DNA of 64,000 nt from assembly GCA_038087875.1 (NCBI GenBank), contig CM075992.1, forward strand, positions 3,970,001 to 4,034,000, read 5' to 3'. Shown here in pieces: positions 25,501 to 39,184 of the stretch. Below the pieces are notes generated by a model that worked only from the letters and a program-made list of their open reading frames with translations, did no database searches and had not been told where the DNA came from. The position numbers were made by a program, and so were the translations under genes. How positions within the stretch are numbered: position 1 is the first letter of the stretch; each line of letters starts with the position of its first letter. The DNA is from Malacoraja senta. Its lineage: Eukaryota.

Positions 25501-26126
25501 GGATTTGAGTATAGGAGCAGGGAGGTTCTACTGCAGTTGTACAGGGTCTTGGTGAGGCCACACCTGGAGTATTGCGTACAGTTTTTTGTCACCAAATCTG
25601 AGGAAAGACATTCTTGCCATAGAGGGAGTACAGAGAAGGTTCACCAGACTGATTCCTGGGATGGCAGGACTTTCATATGAAGAAAGACTGGATAGACTCG
25701 GCTTGTACTCGCTGGCATTTAGAAGATTGAGGGGGGGATCTTATAGAAACGTACAAAATTCTTAAGGGGTTGGACAGGCTAGATGCAGGAAGATTATTCC
25801 CGATGTTGGGGGAAGTCCAGAACAAGGGGTCACAGTTTAAGGATAAGGGAGAAATCTTTTAGGACCGAGATGAGAATTTTTTTTTTCACACAGAGAGTGG
25901 TGAATCTGTGGAATTCTCTGCCACAGAAAGTAGTTGATGCCAGTTCATTGGCTATATTTAAGAGGGAGTTAGATGTGGCCCTTGTGGCTAAAGGGGTCGG
26001 GGATATGGAGAGAAGGCAGGTACAGGATACTGAGTTGGATGATCAGCCATGATCATATTGAATGGCGGTGCAGGCTCGAAGGGCTGAATGGCCTACTCCT
26101 GCACCTATTTTCTATGTTTCTATGTT
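25501..26126 (+). mobile_element. CR1 LINE 3' fragment
   Basis: GFEYRSREVLLQLYRVLVRPHLEYCVQF through to the 3' tail. Confidence 0.88.
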
Positions 26127-27044
26127 TCAGAGAAAATTCAGTCCACATTCTCCATGATAAGACTACAGCAGCTGGTAGAGCTGCTGCCTCACAGCGCTAC
26201 AGACTCCGGGCTCCACCCCGACCTCAAGGTGCTGTCTGGGTGGCGTTTGCCCGTTTGCCCTGTGACCCCGTGGATCTTCTCCGGGTGCTCTGGGTTCATA
26301 GGACAAGAAACAGTACAGAAGATAGACACACAATGCCAGAGTAACTCAGCGGGACAGGCAGCATCTCAGGAGAGAAGGAATGGGTGGCGTTTCGGGTCGA
26401 GACCCTTCTTCAGACAGGTCATCTCTCCAGAGATGCTGCCTGTCCTAACTGAGTTACTCCAGTATTTTGTGTCTATCTTCAGTTTAAACCAGCATCTGCA
26501 GTTCCTTCCTGCACGTGGCACAGCACAGCACAGGAACAGGCCCTTCGGCCCACAATGTTTGTGCCGAACATGATGCCAAGTTAAACTGAGCTCATCTGCC
26601 TGCACATGATCCATATCCCTCTATTCCCTGCACTTCCATGTACCTATCTAATCCCTCTTAAACACCTCTATCGTATCTGTCTCCATCATGTCAAAGACGT
26701 GTGGGTTTGTGGGTTAATGGGCCACATTGTACATTAACCTATCAACCCCAGGACCATTCTTGTGTTGGATGGAATGGGGGGATTCAAGCTGCAAGGAACG
26801 CTCCACAACCTCCTTCCAATCTCTTCCTTACCTCATTCTTCAGTGTTCAGTGTTAGACGTCATTAACATGCACACACATGCACATGCTGACATATACTTA
26901 CACACACAAACACGCATAACATGTGTAGGCATACAGATATGCACACACGCACACACACACATGTAACACACTTAATACACATGAGTGCACATGCACACTC
27001 ACATGCTCAAGAACACACATTTGCACACTCTCAAACACCCAAAC

Positions 27045-27182
<138 letters not shown>

Positions 27183-27552
27183 CCAATTACTCTTCTGCAC
27201 ATATTCAAAAATACACAACACACAATTAGACGACACACAACTAAAATATCACGTAGAATATTGTAGTCAGTCTGAAGAAAGGTCTCGACCAGAAATGTCA
27301 CCCGTTCCTTTTCTCCAGAGATGCTGCCTGACCCGTTGAGTTACTCCAGCATTCTGTGTCTACCTTTGATTTAAACCAGCATCTGCAGTTCCTTCCTACA
27401 CATGTAGAATTGTGGAACTGTAGATGCTGGTTTACAAAAAAAGACACAATGTGCAATGTGCTGGAGTGACTCAGTGGGTCAGGCAGCATCCCTGGAGGAC
27501 ATGAAGCTGCTTGTCGGGTCGGGAGCTATCTTCACGCTGAGTCTGAGTCTGA

Positions 27553-28122
27553 ATAGACAATAGACAATAGGTGCAGGAGTAGGCCATTCGGCCCTTCGAT
27601 CCAGCACCGACATTCAATGTGATCATGGCTGATCATCCCCAATCAGTACCCCGTTCCTGCCTTCTCCCCATATCCCCTGACTCCGCTATCTTTAAGAGCC
27701 CTATCTAGCTATCTCTTGAAAGTATCCAGAGGACCTGCCTCCACCGCCCTCTGAGGCAGAGAATTCCACAGACTCACAACTCTCTGTGAGAAAAAGTGTT
27801 TCCTCGTCTCCGTTTTAAATGGCTTACCCCTTATTCTTAAACTGCGGCCCCTGGTTCCGGACTCCCCCAACATCGGGAACATGTTTCCTGCCTCTAGCGT
27901 GTCCAAACCCTTAATAATCTTATATGTTTCAATAAGATTCCCTCTCATCCTTCTAAACTCCAGAGTGTACAAGCCCAGCCGCTCCATTCTCTCAGTATAT
28001 GACAGTCCCGCCATCCCGGGAATTAACCTGGTGAACCTAGGCTGCACTCCCTCAATAGCAAGAATGTCCTTCCTCAAATTAGGGGACCAAAACTGCACAC
28101 AATACTCCAGGTGTGGTCTCAC
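27553..28122 (-). mobile_element. CR1 LINE 3' fragment
   Basis: VRPHLEYCVQFWSPNLRKDILAIEGVQ...LWNSLPQRAVEAG. Confidence 0.9.
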
Positions 28123-28617
28123 TTGGGCCAAAAGGCCCTCGACTCGATGCGTCGCCTATCCCTGTTCTCCAGCGAAGCTGCCTGTCCCGCTGAGTTTCTC
28201 CAGCACTCTGTGTCTTTTGTTTTAACCCGATGCACCATGTTACTCATCACCAGCGCGGGGCCCGGCGATTTATCAAAGGCTCTCTCTTTCTCTTTCGCTG
28301 AAAGGTTGATGCACTTTGCTGGCCTGAGCAGGAGATGAAGGGGGTTGCTTAGGTATGGGGGGGGGGGGGGGGGGTGAAGGATGCCTTTGGTGCTTCCTGA
28401 TCACATTAGTGAGACTTCACTAAATTCTCTGCTGAAGCAAGCCGTCTATTAACAATCTCACGAGCTGCCCGCCGGCCGCCCGCCCATTTGAGTGAGTTAC
28501 AGCTGCTTTGTGGGGTGCATTACCAGACCTTAATGGCTCGGCAGGTGATGAAGAAGCATTGACATGTCGGCCTAAATCTTTTGGCTGCGGGCCATTTCTT
28601 CATCATTTGGGCGCGGG

Positions 28618-28687
28618 CCTGATCTCAGCTGGCAAATTAGGCCGAACCTTTTACAAGGTTCGGCCTAATTTGCCAGCTGAGATCAGG
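28618..28687. repeat. Perfect 33-bp inverted repeat with 4-nt loop
   Basis: cctgatctcagctggcaaattaggccgaacctt-ttac-aaggttcggcctaatttgccagctgagatcagg. Confidence 0.95.
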
Positions 28688-29036
28688 GGGAGGGAGGGGG
28701 GAGAGAGGGGGAAGAGAGGGGTATAGGTCTCATTACGATTTGAACGGCAAGCATTTTGATGCATTACCCACGGACTCAATGTATCCACAGAACAATAGTT
28801 GCCTTTTATACCATGGCCATAAATTCACATCAGCGTGAGGTTTAGTACGTCTCTGCGGTAACTCTCTCACCTTAGCAAGCACAAAGTACAAGTCGCATGT
28901 TGCTGACAGCTAAACCACATTCATCTCTCTCCACTGTTTATCCTGACGTTTTTTTTTTTATCACTGTTGTGAAAAAGACTTGGATCGGTGCAGGGGGGGA
29001 CGAATAAAATCAGTAATAAGATTGCAGGAGTGCGGA

Positions 29037-29367
29037 GTTTAGTTTAATTTAGTTTTAGAGATACTGGGCGGAAACAGGCCCTTCGGCCCCCCCCGCGCCC
29101 ACGCCGACCAGCGATCCACGCACATTAACATATGCCCTAGGGGCAATTTACACTTATACCACGTGTACCAACCCAAGCCAATTAACCTACAAACCTGCAC
29201 GCCTTTGGAGTGTGGGAGGAAACCGAAGATCTCGGAGAAAACCCACGCAGGTCACGGGGGGGGGGAGTACAAACTCCACACAGGCAGCACCCGTAGTCGG
29301 GATCGAACCCGGGTCTCTGGCACTGAAAGGCAGCAGCCACTCTACCGCTGCGCCACCGTACCGCCCT
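29037..29367 (-). mobile_element. V-SINE/HE1-like SINE
   Basis: Complete SINE in reverse orientation. Confidence 0.85.
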
Positions 29368-29537
29368 AAAGTTTTATAGCTCTGTAGTGAGAGATTCAGA
29401 AAGTGCTGGGTGCCTGGACCATGTTGCCAGGGGTGGTGGTGGAGGCAGATACAATGGTGCCATGTAAGAGTGTTTTGGATCGGGACATGGATATGCAGGG
29501 AATGTTGGGATGTGGATCATATGCAGGCAGAGGAGAT

Positions 29538-30082
29538 TAGAAACATAGAAACATAGAAAATAGGTGCAGGAGTAGGCCATTCGGCCCTTCGAGCCTGCAC
29601 CGCCATTCAGTATGATCATGGCTGATCATCCAACTCAGTATCCTGTACCTGCCTTCTCTCCATACCCCCTGATCCCTTTAGCCACAAGGGCCACATCTAA
29701 CTCCCTCTTAAATATAGGCAATGAACTGGCCTCAACTACCTTCTGTGGCAGAGAGTTCCAGAGATTCACCACTCTCTGTGTGAAAAATGTTTTTCTCATC
29801 TCGGTCCTAAAGGATTTCCCCCTTATCCTTAAACTGTGACCCCTTGTCCTGGACTTCCCCAACATCGGGAACAATCTTCCTGCATCTAGCCTGTCCAACC
29901 CCTTAAGAATTTTGTAAGTTTCTATAAGATCCCCCCTCAATCTTCTAAATTCTAGCGAGTACAAGCCGAGTCTATCCAGTCTTTCTTCATATGAAAGTCC
30001 TGACATCCCAGGAATCAGTCTGGTGAACCTTCTCTGTACTCCCTCTATGGCAAGAATGTCTTTCCTCAGATTTGGAGACCAA
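29538..30082 (-). mobile_element. Young CR1 LINE 3' fragment (open frame)
   Basis: WSPNLRKDILAIEGVQRRFTRLIPGMSGLSYEERLDRLG...GYGEKAGTGY without interruption. Confidence 0.9.
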
Positions 30083-30871
30083 AGTGAGTTTAACTTGACA
30101 TCATGTTCAGCCCTGAAGTCGTGGGCTGAAGGGCCTGTTGCCATCCTGTTCCATGTTGTATGTTCTAATTCTACTTTGGGATGTGGGAGGAAACTGGAGC
30201 TACCCGGAGAAAAAACATGTGGTACTTTGGGAATGTGGGAGGAAACTGGAGCACGTGGGAAAAAAACCATGCGGTCACAGTGAGAACATGCAAACTCTAC
30301 ACAGACAGCACAATAGACACTAAATGCTGGAGTAACTCAGCGGGACAGGCAGCATCTTTGGAGAGAAGGAATGGGTGATGTATCAGGTTGAGACCCTTCT
30401 TCAGACAATCAAAGGATAATTGCTTTAATATGAAGAAGCAGGTTGCTAATGCTTGCTTAAGGAACACTCCCTTGAGTAAGATTGAAGTAAAGCTTACAAA
30501 ACTGCTCGGAAAGCCTTGTATTTTCAACCTTCTATGGCCAATGATAATTTGGGCTCCTCAGTCAAAGGAACTAATGTTATCCTCAATGCTCGTCATGGCT
30601 TGGAATTAATTCGCACTAATTAGGCAACTGCTTCTCTAAAACATCCTAACAGCAGCTCTGGTGTGATGAGTAGGAAATGTCAGGCTCACTCTTGAGATGG
30701 CATGGGCTTACTCTGAAACGAGGAGCTTTGAAATCCGAGTCTCTCAGCCCCTTATATACACACTCTCGCCATGCAGAGGATGCACAGATGCAGCCAACAC
30801 ATGAATGGACAGGGTGCCTGGTATAATTGACACAAAATGCTGGAGTAACTCCGCGGGACATGCAGCACCGG

Positions 30872-31233
30872 GTCATAGAGTGATACAGCGTGGAAACAGG
30901 CCCTTTGGCACAACTTGCCAACACCCACGAACACGTCCCAGCTACACTAGTCCAACCTGCCAGCATTTGGTCCATATCCCTCCAAACCTGTCCTATCCAT
31001 GTACCTGTCTAACTGTTTCTTCAATGTTGGGATAAACCCAGTCTCAACGACCTCCTCTGGCAGCTTGTTCCATACACCCACCACCCTTTGTGTGAAAATG
31101 TTACCCCTCAGATTTCTATTAAATCTTTTCCCCTTCACCTTAAACCTCTGTCCTCTGGTCCTCGATTCCCCTACTCTGGGCAAGAGACTCTGTGCATCTA
31201 CCCGATCTATTCCTCTCATGATTTTATACACCT
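30872..31233 (-). mobile_element. CR1 (HER1-like) LINE 3' fragment
   Basis: YKIMRGIDRVDAQSLLPRVGESRTRG...GYGPNAGRLD. Confidence 0.85.
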
Positions 31234-31632
31234 CTGGAGAGAAGGAATCTCTGGAGAGAAGGAATGGGTGACATTTTGGGTCGAGACCCTTCTGCAGACT
31301 AAGAGTAAGGGGAGAGGGGAACTAGAGATATGGAAAGGCAAGATGTGAAAACACAGATCAAAGGGGACGATGCTCAAGGAAATGTTGAATGGTACAGTAT
31401 TAGCTCAGGGGAAGGTTAACGAGGCATAGAATTAATAGAGTGATACAGCGTGGAAACAGGGCCTTCGGCCCTACTTGCCCACACTAGCCAACATGTCCCA
31501 GCTACACTCGTCCCACCTGCCCGCATTTGGCCCATATCCCTCTAAACTTGTCCTCTCCATGTACCTGTCTAACTGTTTCATAAACGTTGGGATAGTCCCT
31601 GCCTCAACTACTTCCTCTGGCAGCTCGTTCTA

Positions 31633-32148
31633 GCCATAGAGGGAGTGCAGAGAAGGTTCACCAGACTGATTCCTGGGATGTCAGGACTTTCATATGAAGA
31701 AAGACTGGATAGACTTGGCTTATACTCGCTAGAATTTAGGAGATTGAGAGGGGATCTTATAGAAACGTACAAAATTCTTATGGGGTTGGACAGGCTAGAT
31801 GCAGGAAGATTGTTCCCGATGTTGGGGAAGTCCAGGACAAGGGGTCACAGCTTAAGGATAAGGGGGAAATCCTTTAAGACCGAGATGAGGAAAAACGTTT
31901 TCACACAGAGAGTGGTGAATCTCTGGAACTCTCTGCCACAGAGGGTAGTTGAGGCCAGTTCATTGGCTATATTTAAGAGGGAGTTAGATGTGGCCCTTGT
32001 GGCTAAGGGGATCAGGGGGTATGGAGAGAAGGCAGGTACGGGATACTGAGTTGGATGATCAGCCATGATCATATTGAATGGCGGTGCAGGCTCGAAGGGC
32101 CGAATGGCCTACTCCTGCACCTATTTTCTATGTATCTATGTATCTATG
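31633..32148 (+). mobile_element. Young CR1 LINE 3' fragment
   Basis: Near-identical to 29538-30082 in the opposite orientation. Confidence 0.9.
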
Positions 32149-32723
32149 TTCCATACACCCACCACCCTGTGTGCTTGAAAAAAATATATTAATGTAATAT
32201 TGAATCAGGAGGACATAGAAACTAGTTGGAGGATTAGGGTGGGGGAGGGATGGAGAGATAGGGAAAACAAGGTTTATTGAAGTTAGAGAAGTCAGTATTC
32301 ATACCGCTGGGTTGTAAAATGATAGTTTTGTGAACATTACTGAATACAACGCTAATGAATTCATGTACAGCCGCTGAGAATATCGGAGGTGGTTTTTTTT
32401 CACAGTTTCTGTTTGGTATATTTATTTTTATTCTGAATAAAGTTTATTTTGGGAAAAAATGACAACTCAAGCTCCTTGAAATATTCACCAGGGCTCCTCA
32501 TTGACGATAATGCAGCTGGTTCACTGGATGTTTTCAAGAGAGAGTTAGATCTAGCTGTTAGGGCTAACGGAATCAAGGGATATGGGGAGAAAGCAGGAAC
32601 GGGGTAGTGATTGTGGATAGACAAAAACGCTGGAGAAACTCAGCGGGTGAGGCAGCATCTATGGAGCGAAGGAAATAGGCAACGTTTCGGGTCGGGTCAA
32701 AACCATTCTTCAGACTTGATTGT

Positions 32724-33545
32724 GGAGCGCAGAAGGTTAAGAGGGGACTTGATAGAGGTCTTTAAAATTATGAGCGGGTTAGACAGAGTGGACGTGGATA
32801 AGCTTTTCCCATTGAGAGTAGGGAAGATTCAAACAAGGGGACATGACTTGAGAATTAAGGGACAGAAGTTTAGGGGTAACATTAGGGGGAACTTCTTTAC
32901 TCAGAGAGTGGTAGCTGTGTGGAATGAGCTTCCAGTGGAAGTGGTGGAGGCAGGTTCGATGTTATCCTTTAAAAATAGATTGGATGGGTATATGGACGGG
33001 AAAGGAATGGAGGGTTATGGTCTGAGTGCAGGTAGATGGGACTAGGGGTAAGTATTTATTTTTAATAAAAAATAAATTAAAAAAAAAATAATAATAATAA
33101 TTTAAATGTTCGGCACGGACTTGAAGGGCCGAGATGGCCTGTTTCCGTGCTGTTATGGTTATATGGTTATATGGTTATATGGTTATGATCGAGGACAAGC
33201 TAGATGCAAAAAAAATGTTCCCAATGTTGGGCGAGTCCAGAACCAGGGGCCACCGTCTTAGAATAAAGGGGAGGTCATTTAAGACTGAGGTGAGAAAAAA
33301 CGTTTTCACCCAGAGAGTTGTGAATTTATGGAATTCCCTGCCACGGCAGTGGAGGCCAAGTCACTGGATGGATTTAAGAGAGAGTTAGATAGAGCTCTAG
33401 GGGGCTAGTGGAGTCAAGGGATATGGGGAGAAGGCAGGCACGGGTTATTGATAGGGGATGATCAGCCATGATCACAATGAATGGCGGTGCTGGCTCGAAG
33501 GGCCGAATGGCCTCCTCCTGCACCTATTTTCTATGATTCTATGTG
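32724..33545 (+). mobile_element. Two adjacent CR1 3' fragments of different subfamilies
   Basis: RRRLRGDLIEVFKIMSGLDRVD...GRWD with (tatggtta)n tail, followed by FPMLGESRTRGHRLRIKG... Confidence 0.8.
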
Positions 33546-34611
33546 TCTGTATTTCTAGGTATCCATATCTGATTAAAACAGCAGGATTTAATCCTTTGAT
33601 CATTGGAGTAACACTCCAACACTCCAAGGATTAATTAAACATCTGAATGTATGTTAAAGTGCCTATTGCTGGAGTAAAAATAGCAAGACAGATTGTACCG
33701 AGCAGTGCATTTTCCCCGACCTGTTGCCTGAACCCTTCCATCCCAGATGGACTGAAAATACAAGGAAGCAGATGGCCGTGCTGGTTAGCCTGACTAATTA
33801 TTTCCAAGGCCCTCTATCTCTACATACACTCCCTGCCCATCTCTGGCCCTCATCTCAACCCCCCCCTCCTCCTCCTCTCCCAACATCTACTCAGCACCTC
33901 AGCAGCGGTGAGGTTAATCCGGAGTGTATTGGATGCCGCTGGCTATGATAATGAAGTGTTTACATAATCCAATGACTGCAAATTCAAATCCAACCATGCT
34001 GCTTTTTGAGAATTTATATTTAGCTTTATTTAATATTAAAAAACACAATCTGGAAATATAACAATTGATACTGTGATTATGAAACCGCCAGATTGTTGTT
34101 AAAAGCCCGACTGGTTGACTGAGGGAAGAATAAATCCTGTCTTCACACATATTAATCTGTGTGCGTGACCACAGACTAGTTTAGGAAGGAACTGCAGATG
34201 CTGGTTTAAACAGAAGGTAGACACAAAATGCAACTCAGCGGGACAGGCAGCATCACTGGAGAGAAGGATTGGGTGATGTTTTGGGTCGAGACCATTCCTC
34301 AGACTGGTTTTGAATAGAATTGAATGACTTGTTGCCGCATGTGACACGTCACAGTGGGATTCTTTGCTTGCGTATCCAAGGTATGCAAATGGTGGCCACA
34401 TAAAGGGCGCTGAGAAAGTAAGAAAGTTCCACCGGGCCAGGTCTGTACTCCTCCCCCTCCCCCCCCCACCTCACACCAGTCCGCCCACACCGGACAATCC
34501 ATCGTCCGCCTACCTTTTGTTGCATGCTATCCAGTCAGCGGAAAGACAATGCATGGTTACAATTGAGCCATCTACAGTGTACAGATACATGATAATGGGA
34601 ATAATGTTTAG

Positions 34612-35092
34612 TCAGATTCAGATTCATTGTCATTGTGCAGTGTACAGTACAGAGACAACGAAATGCAGTTAGCATCTCCCTAGAAGAGTGACATAAATAT
34701 GAGCAATAAATACATCTAATAATCCTGGTGGGTGGAGTGTCCGGGGGGGTGGGGGGGGGTGATTGGCAGTCACCGAGGTACAGTGTTGAGTAGTGTAACA
34801 GCCGCAGGGAAGAAGCTGTTCCTGGACCTGCTGGTCCGGCAACGGAGAGACCTGTAGCGCCTCCCGGATGGTAGGAGGGTAAACAGTCTGTGGTTGGGGT
34901 GAGAGCAGTCCTTGGCGATGCTGAGCGCCCTTCGCAGACATCGCTTGCTCTGGACAGACACAATGGAGGGGAGTGAGGAACCGGTGATGCGTTGGGCAAT
35001 TTTCACCACCCTCTGCAGTGCGTTCCGGTCGGAGACAGAGCAGTTGCCATACCATACTGTGATGCAGTTGGTAAGGATGCTCTCGATAGTGC
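34612..35092 (-). mobile_element. Rex1/Babar-type LINE 3' fragment
   Basis: CTIESILTNCITVWYGNCSVSDRNALQRVVKIAQRITG...PSGRRYRSLRCRTSRSRNSFFPAAV. Confidence 0.85.
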
Positions 35093-36486
35093 AAGGTAAA
35101 GGGAGTAAAGTCTGATCTAAGATAGTCCAAGGAATGTGGAAATAAAACAATTGATACCGTGGCTATGAAACAACCAGATTGTCATAAAAAACCCAATTGG
35201 TTCACTGAGGGAAGGGTATCGTCTGTCTTCACATATATTAATCTGTATGTGACTCCAGACTCAACACAGCTTGCTGCCTCTTCATTTCCCTTTGACATGG
35301 TCTGGTAAGTCACACAGTTGTATCAACGACCCCACAAGAAGCTATTAAGGGGAATAACTATCCCATGAATTACTTTTCTAAAACCTCTGGAACAGTGAGT
35401 CATGTTTGCCACAATGTACCGAAGCCAATTAACCTACAAACCTGCACGACTTTGGAGTGCGGGAGGAAACCGGAGCGCCGGTGGAAAACCCACGCAGGTC
35501 ATGGGGAGATATGGGGAGAAGGCAGGAACGGGGTGCTGATTGGGGATGATCAGCCATGATCACATTGAATGGCGGTGCTGGCTCGAAGGACCGAATGGCC
35601 TACTCCTGCACCTATTGTCTATTGTCTATTGTCTATTGTCCATTGAGAACATACAAACTCCGTACAGACAGCACCCGTAGTCAGGATGGAACCCGGGTGT
35701 GAGGCAGCAACTCCACCGCTGGTCGGCGCGGACTCAGTGGGCCTGTTTCCGCGCTGTATCTCAAAACTAAACTAAGCTAAACCTACATCCCACAAGAGGA
35801 CAATATGTCCCTGACAATCCAGCCAAAGGCAGATATGTACAGCCTGGTTGCAAGGAATCCTACAAACCTGACATTTAATCTCCGTGGGTGAAATATGTCC
35901 AGCCTTAACGCAGTGGAAGGTTTGCAGTGTGCTCTGATCAATAATATTAGTGGATGAGCTGGAAGTCAGTACGTTGTGGAACTGTCACAGGCAGGATGAG
36001 TTTAAGGGTTGTATTCAATCAAAGCGCAAGTGGCCAAGATGACTAGATGTTAACAAACATGTGTTCCTGACCCTGAGAAAGATGCTGCATCTTCATAGTG
36101 GGCAAATTCATCAACTGGGTACAACGTTGCCATTACCATCTCCCAGCTACTTGGAGAAAGATTGGAGGATTAATCATGCAATCAAAGATAGAATCATTCT
36201 TCACATTTAATGTAAAAAACCAGACACTTCATTCCTAAAAACAGGATAAAAAATAGTTAATTTCTTCGCTATGATTCATCTCTTGGAAACATATTTGCTC
36301 AACAACATAATTGTAACCCCCATTAATGAATAACTCATCTCAAGATCTCTTGCAGGAGTGTTGTGGAGCAAAATCTTGTGCCGAGACTCCTAGGGAGGTT
36401 TCTTCATCAGTCTGAAGAAGGGTCTCGACCCGAAATGTCAAAGACTCGAGGGCTCCCTGTACTGGTCAAATAGATCTGGTGAATGG

Positions 36487-36983
36487 GGTGGCTCAATGGT
36501 GCAACGGTAGAGTTGCTGCCTTACAGCGCTTACAGCGCCAGAGACCCGGGTTCGATCCCGACTACGGGTGCTGTCTGTAGGGAGTTTGTACGTTCTCCCC
36601 GTGACATGCGTGGCTTTTCTCCGAGATCTTCGGTTTCCTCCCACACTCCAAAGATGTACAGGTTTGGAGGTTAATTGGCTTGGTAAATGTAAAAAATGTC
36701 CCTAGTGTGTGTAGGATAGTGTTAATGTGCGGTGATCGCTGGTTGGCGTGGACCCGGTGGGCCGAAGGCCCTGTTTCCGCTCTGTTTCTAAACTAAACTA
36801 AACTAAATCTTCGGTTTCCTCCCACACACCAAAGACGTGCAGGTTTGTAGGTTAATTGGTTTTGTATAATTGTAAATTGTCTCTAGTGGGTGTAGGATGG
36901 TGTTAGTGTGCGGGGATCGCTGGTCGGCGCGGACCCGGTGGGCCGAAGGGCCTGTTTCTGCGCTGGATCTCTAAACTAAACTA
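36487..36983 (+). mobile_element. V-SINE followed by a second copy of its 3' half
   Basis: Full SINE to ~36808, then the tcttcggtttcctcccacac...tail segment again. Confidence 0.8.
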
Positions 36984-38598
36984 GAATGTAGATAGGCACA
37001 AAAAGCTGGAGTAACTCAGCGGGACAGGCAGCATCTCTGGAGAGAAGGAATGGGTGATGTTTCGGGTCGAGACACTTCTTCAGACTTACACTGAACATTT
37101 TTTTTTCTGGAATGTTCTCTTTGCTCCTGCTTCCTGTGCTTCAGCCAAAGGTCTTGGCCCAGGAGCAGGCATTTTGTAAAGATCACTGCCTAGGTGTCAA
37201 TGCGAGATACCAACACTGTGTGAAGCACATTGCCACCAGCGCCTCCATCTCCCCTACCATCTCCATCAGACGTGTCACACCCCGCCTGCTGCTGCCTTCT
37301 GCCGCACTGCAGCACTGTAGCCTGGCCAAGGCCTGGAGTGGAGGGAGGGCAAGGACAGCAGGTACCAGCCTGACGAAGTCTGAAGAACGGTCTCGACCCG
37401 AAACGTTGCCTATTTCCTTCGCTCCACAGATGCTGCCTCACCCGCTGAGTTTCTCCAGCATATTTTGTCTACCTTCCATTGTTCCAGCATCTGCAGTTCT
37501 TTCTCAGGTCATTATTTGCGAGCTTTTACTTTATTTTACTCGACTTTACTTTTGGAGAAGATAGACGCAAAATGCCGGTGTACTCAGGGGGGCAGGAAGG
37601 GATGGGTGATGTTTCAGGTCAAGACCCTTCTTCAGACTGACCCGACCCAACCCGAAACGTCACCCATTCCTTCTCTCCAGAGATGCTGCCTGTCCCGTTG
37701 AGTTACTCCATCATTTTGAACCAGCATCTGCAGTTCCTTCCTACACTTTACTTTTCGAGATGCAGCGCGGAAACAGGGCCACCGACCTTGCAGATGAAGT
37801 TCACCCAAACGCTTGTTCTACCCTACACACACACTAGGGACAATTAACAATTTTCACCAAAGCCAATTAACCTATAAACCTGTACGTCTTTGGAGTGTGG
37901 AAGGTAACCGGAGCACCTGGCGAAGACCCACGCAGGTCACGGGGAGAATGTACAAACTCCATACAGACAGCACCCATAGTCAGGATCTAACCCGGGTCTC
38001 TGGCGCTGTGAGGCAGCAACTCTACTGCTGTGCCACCATGCTGCCCTTGTGTTGTGCAGTGTTAAAGAGCCCAATGGCTTTTTGAGAAAAAGCTGTTCCT
38101 GAACCTGGAGGTTACCGTTTTTTATACTACATCATAACAGCGACTACCCTTCGAAAGCATCTTAATTCACTGCAAGGCAGGTCGTGATGTCTCCAAGAGG
38201 CTCTAGAGAGATGAAAGCTGTCACCTTACCACAACGTCAATACACTCAGATGGAGAAACATCTCCTCTGAGCCGCACTGAAGAAGGATCCTGACCCAAAA
38301 CATCACCGATTCCTTTTCTCTAAAGATGCTGTCTGACCTGCTGGGTTACTCCAGCATTTCGTGAGCCATGCCATAGCTTCCTGCCAAGTTGACTTCTGAC
38401 CTGAGGAAACTTCCCCGTCTCTCCTTCAATGCACTGTTGGGAGAATGGAAGATTTTAAGCATCAAAGTCTTTTCTCATTTGGTTTTCCAGGCCCTCAAGG
38501 CATCTTCACCTTACACGCAACCCTTTAACCTCTCAAACCCCTGCACATATTCCCTCTCCAGGGATAGTAGCTCTTTCTTCTTTCTTCCGACAAAACAG

Positions 38599-39174
38599 TC
38601 AAGTCAAGTCACATTTATTTATATAGCACATTTAAAGAACAACTCTCGTTGGCCAAAGTGCTTGACATTTGTTATAAGAATAGCATAAACAAACAAACTA
38701 CATACATATATACATGTAGCCCTCACTCAGAGGACGTCAGGAAAGGCTTGGGAGTATAGATAAGTCTTTAGTCTTGACTTAAAGGAGTCGATGGAGGGGG
38801 CAGTTCTGATGGGAAGGGGGGTGCTGTTCCACAGTCTAGGGGCTGCAACCGCAAAGGCGCGGTCGCCCCTGAGCTTATGCCTAGACCGTGGGATATTCAG
38901 CAACCCAAGTCGGCTGATCTGAGGGGCCTGGAGGTGGAGTGGTGGGTGAGAAGACTTTTTATGTAGGTGGGGGCAAGCCCATTGAGGGCTTTGTAGACAT
39001 GGAGGAGGATCTTGAAATGTATACGGAACCGCACAGGGAGACAGTGGAGAGAGGCCAGGATCGGGGTGATGTGGTCCCTTTTTCGGGTGCCCGTCAGGAG
39101 TCTCGCTGCGGCGTTTTGGACCAGTTGCAGGCGGGACAGGGAAGATTGGCTGATGCCAGTGTAGAGGGAGTTGT
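38599..39174 (-). mobile_element. L2-clade LINE 3' fragment
   Basis: Reverse frame LQLVQNAAARLLTGTRKRDHITPILASLH...RLWNS...DSFKSRLKTYLY; (gactt)n tail; possible TSD aaacag on both sides. Confidence 0.85.
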
Positions 39175-39184
39175 AAACAGGCTT

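Noticed and set aside
28546..28622. Possible C/D box snoRNA (GTGATGA ... CTGA)
   Set aside because: No convincing terminal stem or recognisable rRNA guide; the C box is sequestered in a hairpin and no host intron is evident
29635..30270. 211-aa ORF, the longest in the track
   Set aside because: CR1 ORF2 C-terminus fused in frame to SINE-derived sequence; not a host gene
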